From: an uncultured Candidatus Saccharibacteria bacterium
GTDB lineage: Bacteria > Patescibacteriota > Minisyncoccia > Phycocordibacterales > UBA918
DNA length: 50,451 nt
Assembly (NCBI GenBank): GCA_964350735.1
Contig: CAYGKO010000003.1
Span: 1 to 50,451, forward strand
Direction of reading: 5' to 3'
Shown here piece by piece: positions 44,157 to 50,451 of this stretch. Position 1 is the stretch's first letter. Every line of letters starts with the position of its first letter. A model generated the notes under the pieces. It had not been told where the DNA came from and searched no databases. It saw nothing but the letters and a program-made list of their open reading frames with translations. The translations under genes were made by a program, and so were the position numbers.

Positions 44157-44564
44157 CTATTTCTTTTTATTTCCGTGGAGCCGTCGAGCTTCCGCAGGAG
44201 TCAGAGGAACATCCTCCTCATCTCCAGCTGAAGAGAAGAATCTCAACCACTCACGTGCCAGGCCGACAGCACAGGCAAGCTTCCAGTACGTGAGAAGTGT
44301 CGGTTGACGCCCCTCATCAAATAAGAAGCCGAGGACTGTGCTTTTGTGTAAATTTGCTTTTCCGGAAAATTCACGCCAATCGCCACTTACACCCGGGGAA
44401 CGAAATACTCTCGAGCGTATGACACCCAAGAAATTATTCCAGTCCTGGAGAGAGTACCCTTCCGGCATATTCTCATCTGTCAGAATCCGTTTACGCTTCT
44501 TTTTCTTAGTACTTTCGACCACAATGGCCCCCTTTTCTGCTCTACTCAAAGATTCAGTTCGCAA
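44157..44564 (-). CDS. Putative XRE-like helix-turn-helix DNA-binding protein; start codon uncertain
   Basis: REFSGKANLHKSTVLGFLFDEGRQPTLLTYWKLACAVGL resembles an XRE-type HTH. The track start is a TTG that lies upstream of the predicted TSS. A GTG at 44520-44522, preceded by AAGGGGG, is the more plausible start. Confidence 0.55.
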   Translation of the reverse strand: MRTESLSRAEKGAIVVESTKKKKRKRILTDENMPEGYSLQDWNNFLGVIRSRVFRSPGVSGDWREFSGKANLHKSTVLGFLFDEGRQPTLLTYWKLACAVGLAREWLRFFSSAGDEEDVPLTPAEARRLHGNKKK

Positions 44565-44566
44565 GT

Positions 44567-44596
44567 ATTATAAACACATTTTTGACATAATGTCAA
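44567..44596 (-). promoter_or_regulatory. Consensus promoter whose -35 element is embedded in a 15-bp perfect palindrome (candidate autoregulatory operator)
   Basis: On the minus strand: TTGACA (44596-44591), an 18-nt spacer, then TATAAT (44572-44567). The palindrome TTGACAT-A-ATGTCAA is at 44582-44596. Confidence 0.5.
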
Positions 44597-44945
44597 TAAT
44601 GTTTCTTTTGTGAAAGATTTTTCGACTTGATTCGTCATCAACAGTATATGGAAAACCATACCTATCAATTTGCTAAGCGAAACTTTGCCACTGCCGATAT
44701 TAAGGGCGGCGCTTCTTTTGTAATGCGTATTGCACAGAAGCTAGCCTCCCCTATCGCGAAGCTACCACTGTTTCGATCTAGCCGCGGGTATGGTTCACAT
44801 CGTAAATCTTATTATCTCCAAGAGTTTTAAATAGATTTCCCTTCTCACCTCCCTTTCACAAATCCTCGGCTGGATCAAAGCCGAGTTTTTATATACTCGT
44901 TTTGAACCGCCAGCACCGAACCACTAACCAAAAGGGACACATACT

Positions 44946-46112
44946 ATGAACATGTATCGACAAATTTGGCTCCTTGGTGCCATCAGAGCCATCCGGATGT
45001 TTATGATCACTATGCCGATCATTGCCCTCTATTGGCAATCGCACGGCCTGCTGATCAAAGACATATTCATTTTGCAGGTCATCTTCTCGATTGCAGTCAT
45101 TGTGTTCGAGATACCAAGTGGCTATCTAGCCGATCGCTTTGGCCACAAAACCTCTCTCATCTGGGGCAGCACTACTGGAGCACTTGGCTTCTTCATTTTG
45201 TGGGCAGTTCCAAGCTATGCCGGCTTTATAGCAGCCGAGCTCATTCTCGCTGTTTCTGCCGGATTCATGTCTGGTGCCCGGGATGCTCTGTTGTTTGACA
45301 CGCTTGAAGCTCATGATCAAACAAGCACCTACACCAAATGGCAGGGTCGACTGATGAGTATCGGTAACTTTTCTGAAGCTGTGGCAGCTGTCGCAGCGGG
45401 TGTAATCGCAAGTATTAGTAGTATCTCAACGGTGCTACTGGTGCAATGGGTGATCATGCTGTTCGCTATCCCCCTTTCGTTCTTTCTCACTGAAGTGCGC
45501 GTCCGCATCGCTGGTCAAACACCAACGCTGCTGAAAATCATTCGTGGAAGTATTAAAGAAAATCCGCAGCTGCGTAACCTCAATCTCTTCGCTGGTTTCT
45601 TGGGAGCCTCAACGCTTACCATGGTGTGGTTTACCCAACCGCACTGGAATCAGCTTGGGATTGACGTGCTGTACTTTGGCTACATTTGGGCCGGACTCAA
45701 TGTGGTCGTTGGTATCGGCTCAGCCATTGCCCACCACTTGGAGGCTTGGCTGCGATTCCGAACTCTCTTTGGACTGATTGCCTGTGGACCCCTGCTTCTG
45801 TATGCCGCTATGGCTCTAGGTGCTAATTCAGTTTGGGTTCTGTTGGTACTGCCATTCTTTTGGCTCCAACGAGGGATCTCGAATCCAATCATTCAGGACT
45901 ACGTGCAACGAGAAGCAGCGCCAGAAGAACGAGCGACCGTACTGTCGATCAATGCGCTCGCTACCCGGTTGGTATTCTCGATCTTCTCACCCTTCTTGGG
46001 CTGGATTGCTGACATCTGGAACCTACAGACAGCCTTTACAGCATCTGCTTTGATCTTTGGAGTCTGTACCCTGATTGCATTTGCAGTCTGGTACCGCTCA
46101 CGCGTGACATAA
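44946..46112 (+). CDS. MFS-type transporter
   Basis: 388-aa ORF with ~12 TM helices. The motif SGYLADRFGHK lies between TM2 and TM3. Confidence 0.75.
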   Translation: MNMYRQIWLLGAIRAIRMFMITMPIIALYWQSHGLLIKDIFILQVIFSIAVIVFEIPSGYLADRFGHKTSLIWGSTTGALGFFILWAVPSYAGFIAAELILAVSAGFMSGARDALLFDTLEAHDQTSTYTKWQGRLMSIGNFSEAVAAVAAGVIASISSISTVLLVQWVIMLFAIPLSFFLTEVRVRIAGQTPTLLKIIRGSIKENPQLRNLNLFAGFLGASTLTMVWFTQPHWNQLGIDVLYFGYIWAGLNVVVGIGSAIAHHLEAWLRFRTLFGLIACGPLLLYAAMALGANSVWVLLVLPFFWLQRGISNPIIQDYVQREAAPEERATVLSINALATRLVFSIFSPFLGWIADIWNLQTAFTASALIFGVCTLIAFAVWYRSRVT

Positions 46113-46116
46113 ACTC

Positions 46117-46151
46117 AACCACGGCAGCGTACTGCCGTGGTTGCTTTTTTT
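46117..46151 (+). terminator. Intrinsic terminator
   Basis: AACCACGGCAG-CGTA-CTGCCGTGGTT, followed by GCTTTTTTT. Confidence 0.75.
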
Positions 46152-46214
46152 ACATAAATTGATATGGTTTGTGAGTTCTTTAACTACAATTGTCCAGCCC
46201 GAAAGGAGGACACT

Positions 46215-46523
46215 ATGCTCTACCGTTACACAGTCCTGATTAAATTCGGGACAAGAAAAGATGCATTTGAGGCAATCACAAAACTTAGCAAAAATGCAGC
46301 CATAGACGTTAACGAAACGCAGACAGCTGATAGCAAATTGCGAAAAGTTGCGAAAGCCCTTCGTTTGGGTTCAGTTGAAATAAGTTCAACTTATTCTCCT
46401 GAGGAAATTTTTCCGGCCCTATGTTTACTTATGGGTACAGACTTTATTAACAGGATTGAAGGTATTTACTCCTCTCAAAACCATAGCGGGAGTCATAACT
46501 TTTTGATTGCAGGAGAAAACTAA
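46215..46523 (+). CDS. Hypothetical protein (102 aa)
   Basis: I prefer the ATG at 46215, with GAAAGGAGGA upstream. The track begins at 46164. No motif was recognised. Confidence 0.5.
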   Translation: MLYRYTVLIKFGTRKDAFEAITKLSKNAAIDVNETQTADSKLRKVAKALRLGSVEISSTYSPEEIFPALCLLMGTDFINRIEGIYSSQNHSGSHNFLIAGEN

Positions 46524-46570
46524 AGCCTGTCGAGCAGTTTACCCCAAAGACCAACATAAGGTCAGGACGC

Positions 46571-46593
46571 GCCCCGTGTACCCGGGGCTTTTA
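46571..46593 (+). terminator. Short GC hairpin plus T-run
   Basis: GCCCCG-TGTACC-CGGGGC, followed by TTTTATG. Confidence 0.45.
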
Positions 46594-46598
46594 TGTAC

Positions 46599-48875
46599 CT
46601 ATTTTGCCACCGCTGCTGCTTCATCAAACTTCACTGAGAGGAGCTTGGAGACGCCGTCGCCGGCCATAGTGACGCCGTAGAGCACACCAGCGCGACTCAT
46701 TGTCTCACGATTGTGGGTGATCAGGATCAATTGTGAACGTTCGGAAAGAGCCTGGATCATGTCACCATAGCGACGACTGTTAGCCTCATCAAGCGCCGCG
46801 TCAGTCTCGTCAAGAATAATGAAGAGGGGTGGATTCACCTGGCTCATCGCGAAGATCAGGGCGATTGAGGTCAAAGCTCGTTCTCCCCCGGAAAGTACTT
46901 CCAGCCCCTGTACGCGCTTGTTTGGTAGCTTCACTTCAAGCTCAATCCCCTCCTGTGCCGCTTCGTCTTCCACTTCCTCATCAACTTCTACCATTTCTCC
47001 CATTTCGTCTTCCACCTCTTTCTTCTGCTTCATCTTTGGCTTTACGCGTTTGAGCTCCGCACTTCCACCACCAAACATCAGCATGAAGAAACGATTAAAT
47101 TCACTGCCAATCTTATCGATACCAGCTACAAACCGCTCGTTGAGCTGCTCAGTCAAATCAGCGATCAGCTCCTCTAACTTCTCCACCGATGCCGTTAAAT
47201 CCGCAATCTCATGTACTAAAAACTCATCGCGCTCTTTAACTTCTTTGTATTCTTTTTCAATATCTTCGTTCGCTCCACCAAGCTCTTCGAGACGAATCTT
47301 CATCTTTTCTAATTCCCGTCGTCGTTCACGCTGCTCACTGCGCGCTTCAGCGGCGATTTCTTTGGCTGGAACCTCTTTTCCATCCACTATAATCTGATGC
47401 GTAAAGTACTCCGAAGCTGCTCGCCCAATTAAGGCTACCGCTTCCTGTAGTTCACGCTTGAATTCATTACGGTCACGATCCAGCACCCCAAGCTCGCCAT
47501 CGATTCGCTGTAGTTCATGCTCGCATTCACGCTGCTCGTTCACAATCCTAAAGACTTCCCGCTCAGCTTCCCGGCTCTCGCTGGCATCCGCTTCGATCTC
47601 AGCCTGCACAGCGTTGTATGCCTGCTGAGCAGTCTCTTCAGCAGCCGCCTTGGTCTCAAGCTCGGCTGTTACTGAAGTCATTTGCGTCTGTAGTTCTGTC
47701 AATTCGCGTTCTTCTGCTTCAGTCGTGACCACTTCCCCTTCAGCGGCTTTTTGCAAGAATCGTTTGAGGGTATGCACTATGTCAGTCAGCGACCGCTGCA
47801 AGAATCCTGAGTCTTCTTGTTTCAAGGCTTTTTCAACCCCACCTTCAACTTCCGCAATAATGGCTTCGACTTCTTTGTACGCGATTGGTCGTTCTGATTT
47901 TTTACTCGCTCGTTCTTTCTCACTTTGGATCCGTCGCTCCAAAAATCCAATCTGCCCTTCAAGCTGTCCACTGAGGCGCAACGCATTCTGACGATCGTGA
48001 CGAGCCTGAGTGAGTCCTTCTTCAGCTTCCACCAGTGCATCGCGCTTTACATCCTGCTCAGCTGCAGCCAAGGTCTCCTTAGCGGCCTTGAGTTCGTTTT
48101 GGAGTACCTCAAGCTTTCCAGCTGGCTGTCGGCGCTCAGCCGTTAATCGATCAAAGTGATGGGCAATATATGAATCTTCTCGCCGTAAGTACGCTTTATA
48201 AAAATCTCCGAGTTCTTCGCGCAGTGCGATTGAACGCGCAATCTTTTGCACCTGTCGTTCTAAAAACTTTAAATGTGGCGCCACTTCTCGACGCAGACTT
48301 TCTACCTTCTCAATATTTTCTCGCGTCTTTTTCAGCTTCTTTTCTGATTCCTGCTTCTTGAATTGATAGACCTTGAGCCCAAGCGCGTCCTCGATCATCT
48401 CCCGCCGCTCTTTACCGTTTGATGACAAAATCCGGTCGGCTTCACCCTGCGAAATAATATGATGTCCAGTTGGGCCAATATTGGCGGCGGCGAGTGTTTC
48501 CTGTACATCTTTGAGACGTACCTTCGAGCCATTAATTAGATATTCATTTTGACCATCACGGTGCACCACTCGCTCTAAGATCACTTCATCAAAATCAACT
48601 GGAAACACCCGCTTACTATTGTCGAGTGTCACCGCAACTGACGCCCGGTTACCCCGCGAGACGCCGTCAGTGCCGCCCCAGATTAAGTCTCCACCCTTTT
48701 TACCGCGCAGTGACTTCACCGATTGCTCACCAAGTACAAAGCGAAATGATTCAGCTACATTACTCTTGCCTGAGCCATTAGGTCCCACGATCGCCGTCAC
48801 TGCACTCGAAAATTCTAACTCGCTTTTTTTCGCGAAAGACTTGAAGCCATTAATTGAGAGGTGTTTAAGGTGCAT
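46599..48875 (-). CDS. smc: SMC-family chromosome-partition ATPase, unusually short (758 aa) with no recognisable hinge
   Basis: The N-head is LSINGFKSFA...GPNGSGKSNV. The C-head is LGGANEDIEKEYKEVKERDEFL...FMLMFGGGSAELK...LSGGERALTSIALIFAM...ILDETDAALDEAN. Only ~340 aa of heptad-like sequence lie between the heads. Confidence 0.85.
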   Translation of the reverse strand: MHLKHLSINGFKSFAKKSELEFSSAVTAIVGPNGSGKSNVAESFRFVLGEQSVKSLRGKKGGDLIWGGTDGVSRGNRASVAVTLDNSKRVFPVDFDEVILERVVHRDGQNEYLINGSKVRLKDVQETLAAANIGPTGHHIISQGEADRILSSNGKERREMIEDALGLKVYQFKKQESEKKLKKTRENIEKVESLRREVAPHLKFLERQVQKIARSIALREELGDFYKAYLRREDSYIAHHFDRLTAERRQPAGKLEVLQNELKAAKETLAAAEQDVKRDALVEAEEGLTQARHDRQNALRLSGQLEGQIGFLERRIQSEKERASKKSERPIAYKEVEAIIAEVEGGVEKALKQEDSGFLQRSLTDIVHTLKRFLQKAAEGEVVTTEAEERELTELQTQMTSVTAELETKAAAEETAQQAYNAVQAEIEADASESREAEREVFRIVNEQRECEHELQRIDGELGVLDRDRNEFKRELQEAVALIGRAASEYFTHQIIVDGKEVPAKEIAAEARSEQRERRRELEKMKIRLEELGGANEDIEKEYKEVKERDEFLVHEIADLTASVEKLEELIADLTEQLNERFVAGIDKIGSEFNRFFMLMFGGGSAELKRVKPKMKQKKEVEDEMGEMVEVDEEVEDEAAQEGIELEVKLPNKRVQGLEVLSGGERALTSIALIFAMSQVNPPLFIILDETDAALDEANSRRYGDMIQALSERSQLILITHNRETMSRAGVLYGVTMAGDGVSKLLSVKFDEAAAVAK

Positions 48876-48878
48876 AGG

Positions 48879-49415
48879 CTACGTTCCGTCAAAAGTTTGC
48901 TTGGCCGGCAAGAGGATTACGTGTGTATCTTCATCGGCTGGTAAGGCGCCCGTTGCTGTTGGCTCAGTGTCAGTTCGTATGCAGGTATCAGTTCGGTTTT
49001 TATGCCTATCAGTCTCCATTTGTCGCGCATAAATGGCCACATTATAGGGAGGAGTAAGTTCTGTACAACCATGATACCCATCGTAATAGTAGTAGTAATT
49101 AATACCGTCATGAAATGGATCTTTTGGTATATTCGGTAAATATGGTGCCAGCATGGTATCAATCGGATTTCCGACTCCTAAAAATCCCTGATCTGTCCCG
49201 ACTTCACTTTCAGTAGGATATCCATCATTTGCTTCTGCGTATAGGCGCAGCGCTAGACGAATCTGATTTAAATCATTTACTCTCTGCTCGTCTCGCGCCT
49301 TTTCGGTGGAACCCCATAATGATCGCACGCCCGCGAATAACAAAAGGACTATCACACTGACAACCACCAGCATCTCAACTAGAGTAAATCCTTTTTGTGC
49401 CTTAATAAAATACAT
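48879..49415 (-). CDS. Type IV pilin / pseudopilin-like protein
   Basis: The prepilin N-terminus is KGFTLVEMLVVVSVIVLLL. Its stop is 3 nt from the smc start. Confidence 0.8.
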   Translation of the reverse strand: MYFIKAQKGFTLVEMLVVVSVIVLLLFAGVRSLWGSTEKARDEQRVNDLNQIRLALRLYAEANDGYPTESEVGTDQGFLGVGNPIDTMLAPYLPNIPKDPFHDGINYYYYYDGYHGCTELTPPYNVAIYARQMETDRHKNRTDTCIRTDTEPTATGALPADEDTHVILLPAKQTFDGT

Positions 49416-49524
49416 ACAAGTTTATATTATAGTAGCATGTTGCTCGGAACCGCTAACTTTACAAAAACTGTAAATCTTTTGTTTTTCTGACACACTACAC
49501 ACAATCGAATCATACAACTACTTA

Positions 49525-50118
49525 CTAAAAACATTCTGATCCGTCCTTATTACCAGGTACGCTGTCTCGGTATAATGCGTACGTACGGAAAAAGGCCTCA
49601 TCCTCACAGCGATTTCCCCAACCACCAGTTCCTCCATTTGAAGGGTTCCCTGGATGCAGTAAACAGCTACTATCACAGCGAGAAAACTCATCTTCTTGAT
49701 CAAAAACAGTATTACTTTCAACACTGTCGTACACCATAACTTTATACTCATCGCCGATCACTCGGTACGCAAATCCTGAATTTCTTTCATCTTCTGATTT
49801 TGGATCTTGAGGCAATTCTGTTAAATAATTTGGAACCAAACCTACTATATACTCTTCACAAGGTGAAAAAGAACCCGCCGCATCACCGGGAGTAACCCAG
49901 TTCTCACCAGCACCACATCCAGCTTCGGGATACTGACCGTTGTCTTCATAATACAACTGCACTGCCTGATCAAGATCAACTAAAAGTTTTTTTCGTTCTA
50001 CATCGCGCGCTTTTCCAGACGCACTACTCAAGCTACCGTATACAATCAAAGCTAAAAAACCTATGATCATCAATACAATCATAATTTCTATCAGGGTAAA
50101 ACCGCGAGTCTGTTTCAT
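49525..50118 (-). CDS. Type IV pilin / pseudopilin-like protein
   Basis: I prefer the ATG at 50116-50118 (MKQTRGFTLIEIMIVLMIIGFLALI). The track start is 50151. The C-terminal domain is Cys-rich. Confidence 0.8.
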   Translation of the reverse strand: MKQTRGFTLIEIMIVLMIIGFLALIVYGSLSSASGKARDVERKKLLVDLDQAVQLYYEDNGQYPEAGCGAGENWVTPGDAAGSFSPCEEYIVGLVPNYLTELPQDPKSEDERNSGFAYRVIGDEYKVMVYDSVESNTVFDQEDEFSRCDSSCLLHPGNPSNGGTGGWGNRCEDEAFFRTYALYRDSVPGNKDGSECF

Positions 50119-50137
50119 TTCTTGTAATGGTAGCACG

Positions 50138-50176
50138 ACAAAGGGGCACAAAAACTTCGTTTTTATGCCCCTTTGT
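50138..50176 (-). other. 17-bp hairpin (one mismatch) between rnc and the first pilin gene
   Basis: ACAAAGGGGCA-C-AAAAAC-TTC-GTTTTT-A-TGCCCCTTTGT. No T-run follows it on the minus strand. Confidence 0.5.
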
Positions 50177-50193
50177 GAGTACCTACTAATCTA

Positions 50194-50451
50194 CTACCAA
50201 CCCTTCTTCTCTATTGCTGCTTCTGCTGCTGCCTGTTCAGCCTCTTGTTTAGAGCGGCCCTTACCTTCGGCAATCTGGGCTTTCTTTAGAAACACACCAA
50301 TCGTAAATACTCGGTCATGATCAGGTCCGTCCTGACTCACTAACTGATAGGTTGGCGTGGTAGATTCCATTTCTTGCGACAACTCCTGGAAACGACTCTT
50401 TGGGTCTTGCCATAGTTGTTTATCGACAATTTCCTCAGTCTTTGGGAAGAG
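50194..50451 (-). CDS. rnc: Ribonuclease III, C-terminal dsRNA-binding part; the N-terminus lies beyond the right window edge
   Basis: The frame is open from 50451 to the stop at 50194: ...LWQDPKSRFQELSQEMESTTPTYQLVSQDGPDHDRVFTIGVFL...GKGRSKQEAEQAAAEAAIEK, a dsRBD pattern. The track shows only an internal TTG-started piece. Confidence 0.85.
   Translation of the reverse strand, partial: LFPKTEEIVDKQLWQDPKSRFQELSQEMESTTPTYQLVSQDGPDHDRVFTIGVFLKKAQIAEGKGRSKQEAEQAAAEAAIEKKGW

Noticed and set aside
44627-44830. 67-aa ORF in the HTH-MFS intergenic region
   Set aside because: It has a TTG start with no SD site, no terminator and no recognisable features. This is more likely the promoter/leader region of the MFS gene. 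I kept it out of the feature list.
46599-48875. Reading the short SMC-like protein as a defence-system ATPase (Lamassu LmuB or Wadjet JetC type)
   Set aside because: Its head motifs and the pre-head LGxxN..A..EY segment are those of canonical SMC. It sits in the conserved rnc-smc neighbourhood, and no effector or kleisin-like partner genes flank it.
1-50451. CRISPR arrays, tRNA/rRNA genes, transposase/integrase/reverse-transcriptase genes, DnaA-box clusters, and alternative genetic code (UGA recoding)
   Set aside because: I scanned the intergenic regions and ORF translations by eye. I found no spaced direct-repeat array and no tRNA-like T-arm (GGTTCGAAT/GGTTCAAAT type). There were no recombinase or RT motifs and no TTATCCACA clusters. 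All long housekeeping genes are intact under the standard code. A tRNAscan/Infernal run would be needed for certainty.

Overview
This is a gene-dense bacterial chromosomal window. It reads cleanly in the standard genetic code, has sigma-70-type promoters, usually clear Shine-Dalgarno sites, and many long perfect hairpin terminators. Recognisable housekeeping genes are hisS, uppP, a UvrD-type helicase-nuclease, rpoD, dnaG, rpoC, rpoB, trmD, a KH-domain gene, rpsP, rnr, smc and the 3' end of rnc. Two type IV pilin-like genes sit between rnc and smc. The reduced, pilin-rich gene content suggests a small-genome lineage such as Patescibacteria/CPR, but that is inference only. I found no rRNA, tRNA, CRISPR array, transposase, integrase or reverse transcriptase. 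The most interesting locus is a tightly packed minus-strand array at about 2.8-11.6 kb. There a secreted PAP2 phosphatase, a three-part AMMECR1 plus alpha/alpha-toroid fusion protein and a PxPxP-type YcaO are translationally coupled. They are followed by an unannotated 58-codon ORF, two membrane-anchored TPR-like proteins and a membrane-fused spermidine-synthase-like protein. No known YcaO partner (E1-like, Ocin-ThiF, TfuA) is present. Other notable points:
- a GC-rich two-lipoprotein island with a structured RNA-like spacer (11.6-13.0 kb)
- an AT-rich island with a frameshifted membrane gene that interrupts the rpsP-KH-trmD cluster (39.5-40.6 kb)
- a primase lacking three of its four zinc ligands
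- a short SMC with no visible hinge
- a terminator-containing structured leader upstream of rpsP
- a family of related palindromic hairpins
- two edge-truncated genes (1..1574 and 50194..50451) that the ORF track omits.
All family calls come from motif recognition by eye. No searches were run.
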